A stretch of 64,000 bases of DNA from an uncultured Bdellovibrionales bacterium (GCA_964384235.1 CAYLJX010000004.1:15916-79915), one strand, 5' to 3'. Positions 1 to 9,601 are shown, numbered from the stretch's first letter. Notes: generated by a model from the letters alone, not told the origin. Numbers and translations: made by a program.

Positions 1-652
1 CGAAGTATGCGCCCGCGACCGGCCGCACGTCAAGCATCCGTTTCTCCAGATAGTGCTTGTGCATGTCGACGATCTCGAGCTCGCCGCGATCCGACGGCGT
101 GAGACCCTTGGCCACCTGCGGTGCCTCCCCGTCGAAGATGTAGATACCGGGAATGGCGAAATTGCTTTTCGGATTTTTCGGTTTCTCCTCGATGGAAACG
201 ACGTTATGATTACTGTCGAACTCGACGACACCGAAGCGCTCCGGATCCGGCACCTCCTTGGCGAAGATCCGTCCACCCTTTTCAAACGTCCGGATGGCCT
301 CACTGAAATCATCCTCGAAGATATTGTCCCCGAGGATGAGGGTCGACGGACCGCCATCAAGAAAATCCTCCGCCAGGATGAATGCGTCCGCGAGTCCCCG
401 CGGTGACGACTGCACGACGAAGGAGATGTTGATGCCGTGTTTGCGGAACATCGAACCCAGGAGGTTGAGGAAATTTCCCGAATAGTGCGGCGCCACGATG
501 ATGAGGATGTCGGTGATCCCCGCCTGGATCAGGGTATTGAGCGGATAGAAAATCATCGGCCGGTCATAGACAGGCAGGAGCTGTTTGGATGCGATGGCGG
601 TGATGGGGAGGAGCCGCGTGCCGTTCCCCCCGGCCAATATTATTCCTTTCAT
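1..652 (-). CDS. rfbA: Glucose-1-phosphate thymidylyltransferase (3' end runs off the window)
   Basis: Manual translation from ATG at 652 gives MKGIILAGGNGTRLLPI, the NDP-sugar pyrophosphorylase motif; rfbB/C/D are nearby. Not in the ORF track because it is truncated. Confidence 0.9.
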   Translation of the reverse strand, partial: MKGIILAGGNGTRLLPITAIASKQLLPVYDRPMIFYPLNTLIQAGITDILIIVAPHYSGNFLNLLGSMFRKHGINISFVVQSSPRGLADAFILAEDFLDGGPSTLILGDNIFEDDFSEAIRTFEKGGRIFAKEVPDPERFGVVEFDSNHNVVSIEEKPKNPKSNFAIPGIYIFDGEAPQVAKGLTPSDRGELEIVDMHKHYLEKRMLDVRPVAGAYF

Positions 653-660
653 ACTGATTC

Positions 661-733
661 AGTTATCCGGTTAAAAGGTTCACGAGTTAACGGGTTTGAA
701 CTTTTTAACCTGTAACTTGTTAACCCTTAAACT
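661..733. repeat. Degenerate 8-mer tandem array (RGTTNANN units) followed by its inverted form
   Basis: agttatcc ggttaaaa ggttcacg agttaacg ggtttgaa, then taacctg taacttgt taaccctt aaact. Confidence 0.7.
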
Positions 734-1973
734 ATCTGTAGACAGGAAACTGCTTGCACAATCTCTTCACTTCTTTTCTGATGCTTGCGAGGACTTTTTC
801 GTTTCCTTCGGAGCGCAATGTTTCGTCGATCCAACCGGCGATCACCTTCACTTCCTGTTCCTTGAGGCCGCGCGTGGTGATGGCCGGCACGCCGATACGC
901 ACGCCGGACGGGTCCATCGGTCCGCGCGGATCGTCAGGAATCATGTTCTTGTTGATGGTGATGCCGACTTCGTCGAGGAGTTTCTCGGCCTCCTTGCCCG
1001 TGACAGAGTAGCTCTTGACCGTGTCGATGACGATCATGTGGTTCTCCGTCCCGCCGAAGAGAAGCGTCGCACCGCGCTTTTCCATTTCTTTCTGGAGTGT
1101 CTTGGCGTTCTTGAGGATCTGCTTGGCGTACTTCCTGAATTCCGGCTTCAACGCCTCGCCGAAGGCCACGGCCTTGGCTGCGATCACGTGCATGTGCGGA
1201 CCGCCCTGTGTCCCAGGGAAGATCGCCTTGTCGATCGCAGTCGCGTACTTTTCCCGACAGAGGATGAGACCGCCGCGCGGACCGCGGAGCGTCTTGTGCG
1301 TCGTCGCGGTCACGATATCGAAGTGTTCCACCGGATTGGGAAGTGCTTTCCCGGCGATGAGCCCGGCGATGTGCGCCATGTCCATCATCGTCATCGCGCC
1401 GACTTTCTTGGCAATGGCTGCGAATTTTTTGTAATCGATCTGGCGCGTGTACGACGAGAATCCCGCGAGCATGAGCTTGGGCTTTTCCTTCTTGGCGAGC
1501 GCCTCGAGCTTCTTGTAGTCGATGGTGCCGTCCGCTTCGGTCTTGTACCGGACGAAACGGTACACCTTGGCCGGGAGCGTCACCGGATGTCCGTGGGTGA
1601 GGTGTCCACCGTGCGAGAGATCCATACCAAGGACCGTGTCACCGGGATCGAGGATACCTGCGTACACCGCGAGGTTCGCCTGCGCGCCCGAGTGCGCCTG
1701 GACATTGGCGTGCTGCGCACCGAAAAGTTTCTTCACCCGCTCGATCGCGAGTGTTTCCACCTGGTCGGTGAATTCTTGTCCACCGTAATAGCGTCGTCCG
1801 GGATAGCCTTCGGAGTATTTATTGGTGAACACCGTACCGAGCGCCTCGAGCACCGCCATGGAGACATAGTTCTCCGACGCGATCATCTCGAGTCCTTCTT
1901 CCTGCCGCTTCTCCTCGCCCATCACCGTCTCGTACACCGCCTTGTCCGCCTTCTTTAGGATGTCGTGTTTCAT
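732..1973 (-). CDS. glyA: Serine hydroxymethyltransferase
   Basis: LEMIASEN, NKYSEGYPGRRYYGG, GGHLTHG, TTHKTLRGPRGG motifs. Confidence 0.98.
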   Translation of the reverse strand: MKHDILKKADKAVYETVMGEEKRQEEGLEMIASENYVSMAVLEALGTVFTNKYSEGYPGRRYYGGQEFTDQVETLAIERVKKLFGAQHANVQAHSGAQANLAVYAGILDPGDTVLGMDLSHGGHLTHGHPVTLPAKVYRFVRYKTEADGTIDYKKLEALAKKEKPKLMLAGFSSYTRQIDYKKFAAIAKKVGAMTMMDMAHIAGLIAGKALPNPVEHFDIVTATTHKTLRGPRGGLILCREKYATAIDKAIFPGTQGGPHMHVIAAKAVAFGEALKPEFRKYAKQILKNAKTLQKEMEKRGATLLFGGTENHMIVIDTVKSYSVTGKEAEKLLDEVGITINKNMIPDDPRGPMDPSGVRIGVPAITTRGLKEQEVKVIAGWIDETLRSEGNEKVLASIRKEVKRLCKQFPVYR

Positions 1974-1991
1974 AGATTTCAGAATTTGTTC

Positions 1992-2080
1992 AGCTAACGA
2001 GTTAACGCGTTAACGGGACTAAAACACTCAAAACTCACGAACAACTCGTGAACTCGCCAACCCGTTAACTAGAAAACTCA
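1992..2080. repeat. Degenerate 8-mer array (gttaacgc / aactcgt types), same family as 661-733
   Basis: gctaacga gttaacgc gttaacgg ... aaactcac gaactcgc caacccgt taactaga aaactcat. Confidence 0.65.
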
Positions 2081-2171
2081 TCTACACCATATTCGTTCCC
2101 TGATTCACAAATTCCCCCGTATTTCGGGAGGAATGTCTCCATGATACCAAAAAACCGCCCCTCCCGCACCA

Positions 2172-2200
2172 TTGACAAAAACTCTAAAAAGGTGTATACT
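2172..2200 (+). promoter_or_regulatory. Sigma70-type promoter for the orphan pair 2289-2857
   Basis: TTGACA(2172-2177)-17 bp-TATACT(2195-2200). Confidence 0.8.
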
Positions 2201-2288
2201 ATATGGTTCAGTCAAACTGGACTTGTAGTACCCGAACAATTTAACCCATTCCAGAGGGTCGGATCTGGAGAGTCATAGGAGATAAAAG

Positions 2289-2573
2289 ATGTACACCATC
2301 GTCCTCAGCATCGTCATTCTCATTGCGCTCGCCATCATTTTCATCTGCGGCATGCGCACCGAGCGATCCGAAAGGATCGACGACCATGTGAACCCGAACT
2401 GGGCTTACCTGGCCGCTGCGCTGTGGTTCGTCACGATGTTTGCCTCATTGACGTTTGACGATCAGCGAACCATCGACCTCGCGGTCGCGGTCACGATGTT
2501 CGGCGGTATCGTCATCTTCGTGGCCGGCTACTGGTTCCCTAAGATCCGCAGCCGCATCCTGTTCCGGGTGTAA
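2289..2573 (+). CDS. Orphan membrane protein, about 3 TM helices
   Basis: 94 aa hydrophobic ORF with AGGAG SD, downstream of a consensus promoter. Confidence 0.75.
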   Translation: MYTIVLSIVILIALAIIFICGMRTERSERIDDHVNPNWAYLAAALWFVTMFASLTFDDQRTIDLAVAVTMFGGIVIFVAGYWFPKIRSRILFRV

Positions 2574-2590
2574 CTACAAAGGAGAACTCC

Positions 2591-2857
2591 ATGAGAACAT
2601 CCGTCATTGTGCTTGCCGCATTGGCCATCAGCCTGCTCTGCGGGTGGATGATCCAGCGACCGATAACGGTGACTCGCTCGCGGACTATCGGAACAGTAGA
2701 TGTCCGCTGGTTCTTCATAGCGATCGCCGTATGGATCGTCGGCATGGTATCGGTCTCCGGTGCTTTTGCCTTGACATCCATCATCTTCGGCGTCCCAAGC
2801 GCATTCGTCGCCGGGTTCGTCCATCCGCTCATTCGGAAAACCCGGAGGAGTCGATAG
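2591..2857 (+). CDS. Orphan membrane protein, about 3 TM helices
   Basis: 88 aa hydrophobic ORF with AAGGAG SD, followed by a terminator. Confidence 0.75.
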   Translation: MRTSVIVLAALAISLLCGWMIQRPITVTRSRTIGTVDVRWFFIAIAVWIVGMVSVSGAFALTSIIFGVPSAFVAGFVHPLIRKTRRSR

Positions 2858-2884
2858 GACAATCGACCGCCGACCCACCCATCG

Positions 2885-2939
2885 CCGCCCGAGATACCAC
2901 GCGTAACAGCGCGAACGTATCTGGGCGGTTTTCATTTTT
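2885..2939 (+). terminator. Intrinsic terminator
   Basis: ccgcccgagatac...gtatctgggcgg followed by ttttcattttt. Confidence 0.7.
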
Positions 2940-2958
2940 CTTAAAGTCGTTTCCCAGG

Positions 2959-3124
2959 GTGACCCCATCACCAGCAACCTTTTCTCTTTCCTCCCAAACT
3001 CGAACTGCTTTCAGTTACCGAAAAAAATCGCACCCGGTCAACGGCGGAAAAGCCATTTTTTTCGAACCGAAATCAGTTCTCAGACAGTGTGAGGATGCGA
3101 GAAAAGGTTCTGGCGAGAAGTCAC
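2959..3124. repeat. Long imperfect rod-like hairpin (~165 nt), MITE-like or ncRNA
   Basis: aaccttttctc(2976-86)/gagaaaaggtt(3099-3109); cgaaaaaaat(3019-28)/atttttttcg(3055-64); gtgac/gtcac ends. Confidence 0.65.
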
Positions 3125-4020
3125 TTGAATGTTTCTCGTGTTTCCAAAAATTCCTCCAGCGCTTCGGTGTAGGGACGAAGCGGGATGAACTTGGTATTGC
3201 GAAGCGCGGAATACTTCGGGCGCTTGGCGGGACGAGGAAAGGCGTCGGGCGACACCGGCTGCACGGTGACGTCCATGCCGGCCAGTCGGAACAGTTCCTT
3301 GGCCGCCTCGTACCACGTCACCGCTCCTTCGTTGATAATATGATAGACACCGTAGGGTTTCTGATACATCTCGAGCACCTTGCTCGCAAGCGCGAGATCC
3401 GGCGCATAGGTGAAACAGCTCTTCTCGTCGTCGATGACGGTAAGTTCTTTCTTTTCCTTTGTCACTTCAAGCATCTTTTCAAAAAAACTTTTCTTTCCCG
3501 TCGCGGATGTCGCCGGTTTTCCAAACAGTTTGGAAAGACGAACAAGATACTGTTTGCAACCAGATGCGATCACGTTCTTCTCTCCTTCCCGCTTGCTCGT
3601 CCCGTACTTCGATATCGGATTCGGTTCGGCATCCTCCGCATAGCCTTCCTGACCCTCCCCGTCAAAGACGTAGTCCGTCGAATAGTGAATGAGCGTCGCA
3701 TCGAGATCCTTAGTCAGGCGTGCGAGAAATCCTGGCACCTCGGCATTAAGGAGCATCGCCTTGTGAAACTCTTCTTCGCTCTCTTCGCACAAATCGACGG
3801 CGTTGTACGCCACGGCGTTTATGATGAGCGCCGGACCGAAACTCCGGATCTTCCCTTCCGCTGTGACAAAGTCCGCGAGGTCTATATCCTCGACATCCCA
3901 CGCCGCGACCTCGTATCCCTCGTCTTCCCGGTACACGCGTGCGAGCTCCTGCCCCAGCATCCCCTTGGCTCCCAGTATCAGCACTTTCTTTCTTTCCATA
4001 GATAAAGTAATTTTTCTCAT
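3121..4020 (-). CDS. rfbD: dTDP-4-dehydrorhamnose reductase (start may be ~3999)
   Basis: GAKGMLG, HYSTDYVFDG, YGTSKREGE, RPAKRPKYSAL. Confidence 0.93.
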   Translation of the reverse strand: MRKITLSMERKKVLILGAKGMLGQELARVYREDEGYEVAAWDVEDIDLADFVTAEGKIRSFGPALIINAVAYNAVDLCEESEEEFHKAMLLNAEVPGFLARLTKDLDATLIHYSTDYVFDGEGQEGYAEDAEPNPISKYGTSKREGEKNVIASGCKQYLVRLSKLFGKPATSATGKKSFFEKMLEVTKEKKELTVIDDEKSCFTYAPDLALASKVLEMYQKPYGVYHIINEGAVTWYEAAKELFRLAGMDVTVQPVSPDAFPRPAKRPKYSALRNTKFIPLRPYTEALEEFLETRETFK

Positions 4021-4050
4021 TATACCATCATTCTTTCAAGTTCTCTCCTG

Positions 4051-4290
4051 ATTTCTTTCCCTCAATCTTCCTCTCTCGACCACACTCATTTCCCCAGCGA
4101 GTCACTCGTTCCTAAAATTCCTCGCTCTCCCGACTTTCAGTCGGGAACCGTGCCCGCTCGGAATTTTAAGTGTCTCGATGAGAAAGATTTTCGGGAAAGA
4201 ATCTTTCTTCCGAACGAAAGATAAATCGTGTTCGAGGAGTCGTACAGCGAGAAAAGGGAGAGGGAGCGGAGGAAAAAAGAAAAAAATTTA
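4051..4290. repeat. Multi-hairpin structured intergenic element
   Basis: taaaattcc/ggaatttta encloses tcccgact-ttc-agtcggga; agaaagatt/aatctttct; pyrimidine-rich left arm and purine-rich right arm. Confidence 0.55.
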
Positions 4291-4478
4291 AAGCGGATAC
4301 CTTGATGAGTCAAAGTTCCGCTTGCTTTCCGAAAAAACCTTCTTCGATGCCGGATCGGTCGAGGGTGCATTCACCCCGCCGGTAAGATGCGGTGCCCGAT
4401 TCCGTTGCCCGCTCTTTTGTATCCCTTTTTATGCTCATCGAAGCCATCTGTTCCGTACGATTCCTGTCCGAGACCGCT

Positions 4479-5438
4479 CTACGTGATCTCGACGAGACTC
4501 CCGTCATCGAGCGCCCGCGCCACTGCACGCAAAAGATCGGCGTTCTCACGGGAAAATGGCGCATTGAGACATCGCCCCAGAGTCGCGTGTACATCCGAGA
4601 GGAGCTCATTTTCAGGAAGATATATGACTCCGCCTGAAACATCGCGACGAAGCGACGGGCATTTCCCGTCAGGACCCGGCTGTACCGTGTACTGGAACTT
4701 CCGAACATTCACATTCAGGTTATCCACATGCACCGTCGCCTGGACCATATCACCGATGCGTCTGACAACGTCATGCTCCTCCTGTGGCATAGCACCCCAC
4801 TCCTCCGGTCTCCCGGTGGAGACGACCGATGAGACGCGGACAGGTACTGATCCTCGACGCATGGCCGTCATTCCTGCCCGGCCGAGCGCCTCGAGCACCC
4901 AGACGAGAAGCAAGATGATGGCACAGAAAAAGACATACTGCCAGAAGCGGTGACTCTTGAGGAAAGACCACCACTCTTCCGGACTCGTCGCGCCCGACAC
5001 CACCGCGATCCGATCCGTGACGACCACCACGTGCTCGAAACGTCCCTTCATCTCCCTGACCGATGTTTCCAACGTATCGATCTTTCCCTGGAGCTGGTCG
5101 AGGTACTCTTTGGCTGCCGGACTCAAGTGACCGGCCGACTTCCATGACTCTTTGAGTTCCCGACACCGCACGTCGATCGCCTTGCCGGCCTGCATCAGCC
5201 GGTCGCTTCGGATACGGTTGGGCGTCAGGATGGAAGTCCGGACATTCGCAAGCGTCATCGGCTCCGCGCAGTAACGGGCATGCACCCCTCCCGGCGTCTC
5301 GCCGCGTTTAGGAACATCCCGTACCGCGGTCGGCACGCCCGAGGTATCGGTGACATACCCCGCGACGAGCGCCCATACCGGTACCGGCACCGACGCCAGA
5401 AGAAACAACAGGAACAACCGGATGATCCTTCTCATCAC
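4479..5438 (-). CDS. Orphan protein: signal peptide, coiled coil, one TM helix, cytoplasmic domain
   Basis: 319 aa ORF, strong GGAGGAAAGGAG SD, signal-like N-terminus, TM segment FWQYVFFCAIILLLVWVL. Confidence 0.7.
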   Translation of the reverse strand: MMRRIIRLFLLFLLASVPVPVWALVAGYVTDTSGVPTAVRDVPKRGETPGGVHARYCAEPMTLANVRTSILTPNRIRSDRLMQAGKAIDVRCRELKESWKSAGHLSPAAKEYLDQLQGKIDTLETSVREMKGRFEHVVVVTDRIAVVSGATSPEEWWSFLKSHRFWQYVFFCAIILLLVWVLEALGRAGMTAMRRGSVPVRVSSVVSTGRPEEWGAMPQEEHDVVRRIGDMVQATVHVDNLNVNVRKFQYTVQPGPDGKCPSLRRDVSGGVIYLPENELLSDVHATLGRCLNAPFSRENADLLRAVARALDDGSLVEIT

Positions 5439-5697
5439 ATACTCCTTTCCTCCATTGAACAGCGTTGGACAACGACGATATTCTTTTGTAAAGAACCTCC
5501 CCGCCCTTGTAATACACCGTTCGGCGTCATTTCACTCCACACGAAACCTCCCTCGTCAAACCCAAGAAAATCCCCTCCTTTTTCGTCTTTTACCTATCCA
5601 TCTTATCCATCTGCACACTATAACATACGGTCGGATAGTATAATGCGCATGAAAGAAAAACAAAAAAAGAGGCTACGGAAAGTATGAGAGTGTTTTG

Positions 5698-6354
5698 CTA
5701 TTCCAAGACAGCGGAGAAATCATGTGTCGAACCCTCAGTCATATCGACATACCTGATGCCGAGCGGCTCGAGGAGTGCTGTCGGGACGCGACGTGTCGGA
5801 CCGAGCTCGATCCCCTGCCGGAGCATGCCGTCATGCACCGGAAAGACTACCTTCGGCTTGATCGCTTTGGCGTATTCGACCGCCTCCTCCAACCGCATCC
5901 ACGGACCCGAGACCGGGAGAGCTAAGATCGAAATCTCTTTTTGCGGATCATGAAACGAATCGCCGGGATAAAAAAGTTTCTTGTCGATCAGAAACCCGGT
6001 GTTCTGCACCGGCGGCAAATCATGATGAATACAGGCGTGCTTGGTACCGGAGCTCTGTACAGATACTCCCTTCACGGTTTTCTCCTCCCCATCAGCGATC
6101 GCCTCCCATACGATACCGGCCTCATCCAGAATTTTCCCCACTCCCGCATGAGTAATGATCTTCGCTTCGGGATTCTTGGCGAGAACGATCGAGAGACTGT
6201 CTACATGACAATGGTCCTGGTGCTCATGAGTGATAAGGACCGCATCCACTCCCGTTACCATCGGCGTCTCGTTGTAATTCCCCGGATCAGTCAGGATCCG
6301 CACTCCTCCCGTCTCGATAAGGAGGCAACAGTGCCCGAATTTGGTGATATTCAT
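5698..6354 (-). CDS. MBL-fold metallo-hydrolase (UlaG/Lactamase_B_3-like)
   Basis: FGHCC, TDPG, THEHQDH, YPGDS, PVHD. Confidence 0.9.
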   Translation of the reverse strand: MNITKFGHCCLLIETGGVRILTDPGNYNETPMVTGVDAVLITHEHQDHCHVDSLSIVLAKNPEAKIITHAGVGKILDEAGIVWEAIADGEEKTVKGVSVQSSGTKHACIHHDLPPVQNTGFLIDKKLFYPGDSFHDPQKEISILALPVSGPWMRLEEAVEYAKAIKPKVVFPVHDGMLRQGIELGPTRRVPTALLEPLGIRYVDMTEGSTHDFSAVLE

Positions 6355-6355
6355 A

Positions 6356-6817
6356 TCAAATCTTGAAGAACGAATTTAATACTTGTTCAAAACCAGGAAG
6401 GAGCTTGAGTCTCTTGGCGGCTTTCGGGGCGATCCATCGAAAATTCTGTGCCTCCCAGTCCAGGTGGACCGTGTCGGTGGCGACCGTCACCAGTACCGGG
6501 TGCACGATCCACGTCTTCTTGTACTTCGGAGCTTCCTGGTCGAAGATCTGTCCCAGACGGATGGAGAGGATATCTTTCTTCCTGAGACCGAGTTCTTCCC
6601 GCAGTTCGTCCCGCACCTTTTGTTCCAGGCTTCTCCGGTCGTCCAAAAATCCGGAGATGCCGTTCCAGTGGTTTGGATAGAGACGCATCCCGGCGCTCCT
6701 CTCCACGACCAGGATCTTTTGCTTGTACTTCACCACGCAGTTGATCACCGGACAGTAGCGCACGTCCGTAAAATCCACCTGCCCTGGCTTCGGTACGAAT
6801 TTTTCTTCTTTTCTCAT
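6356..6817 (-). CDS. NUDIX hydrolase
   Basis: WNGISGFLD...ELREELGL Nudix-like box; LDWE motif. Confidence 0.85.
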   Translation of the reverse strand: MRKEEKFVPKPGQVDFTDVRYCPVINCVVKYKQKILVVERSAGMRLYPNHWNGISGFLDDRRSLEQKVRDELREELGLRKKDILSIRLGQIFDQEAPKYKKTWIVHPVLVTVATDTVHLDWEAQNFRWIAPKAAKRLKLLPGFEQVLNSFFKI

Positions 6818-6820
6818 ACT

Positions 6821-6916
6821 TTACTTCTTCAGTTCCAGAAACTCTCCCTCGCTCACTATCTCGATATGATCATCGACAACCTTCAGGGCCGAATCATCAT
6901 CGAGAGAATATACCAT
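6821..6916 (-). pseudogene. 3' remnant resembling the C-terminus of peptidase E (S51) family proteins
   Basis: Translates as MVYSLDDDSALKVVDDHIEIVSEGEFLELKK*, matching the YAIDDxSAIKVVDxxxEVVSEG tail I recall for that family. Confidence 0.55.
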
Positions 6917-6920
6917 CGGT

Positions 6921-7487
6921 CTATACCACTTTTACTTCTTTCAAATATGGAAAATCTTCCGGTGTCACCCGTAAGCGAGCCGCTGGAGTGACGGATTCAT
7001 AGGAAACCCATTCACTCGTCGACTTACCCTGATTATCCGTGGTTTGCACGAAATTTTCTTTCGGCAAGATATATACCACTCCATTTTTCCATGGATCTTT
7101 TTCCGATAATGTACCATCGATTTCGAAACTGTACGTTTTCACTCCCTGATCATCCGTACTATACCCGGAACGAACCATTCCATGAAGTCGATTCCGATCC
7201 TTAATGGCATAAAACAGCGGTAGTATCGGATCAGATACCGCATAGACTGCCTTTTGGTTTCCTGATTTTTTCGATGCGTCATTCGCTTGACGAGGCTCAA
7301 GCGCTTCCGTATCTTCGACCGAAGACCCATGAAGCAGATAGCCGTTCTCCAACAAGTAAGCTAAGAACTTATGTTTCGGGGAGTCGATACTATACTCGAC
7401 GTCTCCACCAAGACTCGCCCTCATTTCGTTCAGCAATTTCAAAAACTTTTCTTGCTCTGGATCTGAAACCGGATGTTCAAAACTCAT
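6921..7487 (-). CDS. Hypothetical protein, possible ADP-ribosyltransferase-like fold, lower GC
   Basis: 188 aa; LLHGSS..LEPR, VYAVSD, GVVYIL, EWVS..VTP; AT-richer codons than neighbours. Confidence 0.7.
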   Translation of the reverse strand: MSFEHPVSDPEQEKFLKLLNEMRASLGGDVEYSIDSPKHKFLAYLLENGYLLHGSSVEDTEALEPRQANDASKKSGNQKAVYAVSDPILPLFYAIKDRNRLHGMVRSGYSTDDQGVKTYSFEIDGTLSEKDPWKNGVVYILPKENFVQTTDNQGKSTSEWVSYESVTPAARLRVTPEDFPYLKEVKVV

Positions 7488-7496
7488 AAGAGTCTC

Positions 7497-8501
7497 TTAG
7501 CGTTTTTCGTACTGCGTTTCGTAGTATTTCTGGTACTCTCCCGACTTTACGTTTCGCCACCAGGATTTGTTTTCCTGAAACCACGCGACGGTCTTCGCCA
7601 AACCCTCCTCGAGAGTCACCTGCGGTTCCCAACCGAGCTCGTTCTTGATCTTCGTATAGTCGATGGCGTAGCGGCGGTCGTGGCCGGCGCGGTCTTTGAC
7701 GAACTCGATTCTGTCTTCGCCTTTGCCGAGGAGTTTCAGAATTTCCTTGACGACGGAGAGGTTGGTCGGCTGGTTGCCGCCGCCCACGCAGTACGTCTCG
7801 CCGATCGTTCCCTTGCGCAGGACGAGATCGATCGCACGGCAGTGATCCTCGACGTAGAGCCAGTCGCGCACCTGGCCACCATCGCCGTAGACCGGGACTT
7901 TTTTTCCTTCCAGAAGGTTGGTGATGACCAACGGAAAGAGTTTCTCCGGAAAATGATAGGGCCCGTAGTTGTTGGTGCAGTTGGAAATCGTCACCGGCAA
8001 ACCGAAGGTGTGGAAGTACGCTCGCACGAGATGATCCGAAGCGGCCTTGGAAGCACTATAGGGACTCCTCGGGTCGTACGGCGTCGACTCGTCAAACGGC
8101 GGATCATCCGGCTCCAAGGCACCGAACACCTCGTCGGTCGAGACATGATGGAAACGCTTGCCGTGCTTGCGAGCCGCCTCGAGAAGGACATAGGTCCCGC
8201 GCACGTTGGTATCGACGAACGCTCCCGGATCGAGGATCGAGCGGTCCACATGCGACTCCGCCGCGAAGTGCACCACCGCGTCGCACTCCGCGACGAGCGG
8301 CTCCACCAGCTCGGCGTCCGTGATACTCCCCTTCACGAACCGGTGCCTCGGGTCGTCCTGATACGTGGCGACGTTCCCGAGATTTCCGGCATAGGTGAGC
8401 GCGTCGAGATTGATCACGCTGTCCTGTGGATAGTTATCCAGGATGTAGTGGACGAAATTCGATCCTATAAAACCAGCGCCTCCTGTTATAAGTAATTTCA
8501 T
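7497..8501 (-). CDS. rfbB: dTDP-glucose 4,6-dehydratase
   Basis: MKLLITGGAGFIGSNF, AAESHVDRS, VSTDEVFG, PYSASKA; start moved to ATG 8501. Confidence 0.97.
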   Translation of the reverse strand: MKLLITGGAGFIGSNFVHYILDNYPQDSVINLDALTYAGNLGNVATYQDDPRHRFVKGSITDAELVEPLVAECDAVVHFAAESHVDRSILDPGAFVDTNVRGTYVLLEAARKHGKRFHHVSTDEVFGALEPDDPPFDESTPYDPRSPYSASKAASDHLVRAYFHTFGLPVTISNCTNNYGPYHFPEKLFPLVITNLLEGKKVPVYGDGGQVRDWLYVEDHCRAIDLVLRKGTIGETYCVGGGNQPTNLSVVKEILKLLGKGEDRIEFVKDRAGHDRRYAIDYTKIKNELGWEPQVTLEEGLAKTVAWFQENKSWWRNVKSGEYQKYYETQYEKR

Positions 8502-8515
8502 AAAATAGAGATCAG

Positions 8516-9067
8516 CTATATATGGAATTCGGAAACAATATCCTTGAGAAGCGGCAACGCGGCATCCTTTTCCGAAACGAGCGCTTCCGAAGCCGGCCAC
8601 GCTATGCCCAAATCAGGATCATTCCAACAAACACCTCGGTCGGACGCCTTGTCATAGACATTTGTCACCTTGTACGTGAACACCGTATCATCCTCGAGTG
8701 CCATGAACGCATGCGCGAATCCTTCCGGAATCCAGAACTGCGCGTGATTTTCTTCGGAAAGTTCCACCATCACATGCTTCCCATAGGTGGGCGATCCTGT
8801 CCGGATATCCACCGCGACATCAAGGACTCGACCCCGAAGCACCGAGACGAGTTTCCCCTGCGCGAACGGCGGGGCCTGATAGTGTAATCCACGCACGACG
8901 CCCTTCTTCGATTTGGAAACGTTGTCCTGGACGAACCGTTCCGCGGGAATACCGAGTTCCTGGTACTTCTTGAGGCTGTACGACTCGAAAAAATACCCCC
9001 GGTCATCGGCATACACGTCAGGCACCAAAAGCATCGGCCCCTCGATATCGAACCGTTTCGTTTCCAT
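8516..9067 (-). CDS. rfbC: dTDP-4-dehydrorhamnose 3,5-epimerase
   Basis: DDRGYFFE, QDNVSKS, GVVRGLHYQ, IPEGFAH. Confidence 0.96.
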   Translation of the reverse strand: METKRFDIEGPMLLVPDVYADDRGYFFESYSLKKYQELGIPAERFVQDNVSKSKKGVVRGLHYQAPPFAQGKLVSVLRGRVLDVAVDIRTGSPTYGKHVMVELSEENHAQFWIPEGFAHAFMALEDDTVFTYKVTNVYDKASDRGVCWNDPDLGIAWPASEALVSEKDAALPLLKDIVSEFHI

Positions 9068-9160
9068 ACCGGTTTTCTCAAAAGTTATGTCCTTCCTATC
9101 CTAACACAAAAGAAAGCCGCCCCACAGGGCGACTTTCTTGATTCGCACACAAGAAAACTT

Positions 9161-9517
9161 TTACAGTTTGATGTCGTTCATCACGTCGTCGAGCGACCGC
9201 TTCTCCTCCTCGGCCGGGCGCTCCTCGCGAGCCTCACGCGGTTCGCGCGGCGGGCGCTCAGAACCTTCCGGTTCGTTGATCTTGAGATTGACACGGGCGT
9301 TGTTCCTCGCACCGATGACACGAAGGAGCGTTCGCAGGGCCTTGGCGGTCATGCCTTCGCGGCCGATCACCATACCCATATCCTTGGGATTGACATCGAG
9401 GGTGATGAGCACGCCCATCTCGTCGATCTTGCGTTCCACTTTCACGTCGTCGGGATTGTCGACGAGCATCTTCACGACATATTCGATAAACTCCTGGTCT
9501 CTTACATTGTCCGTCAT
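9161..9517 (-). CDS. khpA: KH-domain RNA-binding protein KhpA
   Basis: LVDNPDDVKV, DMGMVIGREG.TAKALRTLL. Confidence 0.9.
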   Translation of the reverse strand: MTDNVRDQEFIEYVVKMLVDNPDDVKVERKIDEMGVLITLDVNPKDMGMVIGREGMTAKALRTLLRVIGARNNARVNLKINEPEGSERPPREPREAREERPAEEEKRSLDDVMNDIKL

Positions 9518-9601
9518 AGACGTATTCGTTACAGGTTAACAGGAAGTCCCTCCTTCCACTCCCATATCATACTCTTTTTCCGAACCACCCGCAAGATGGG
9601 T

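Noticed and set aside
2455-4005. 516-aa plus-strand ORF
   Set aside because: Spans two orphan genes in another frame, a terminator and antisense rfbD; no coherent composition.
4720-4728. Perfect DnaA box, possible oriC
   Set aside because: Isolated inside a CDS, with no box cluster, AT-rich unwinding region or dnaA nearby.
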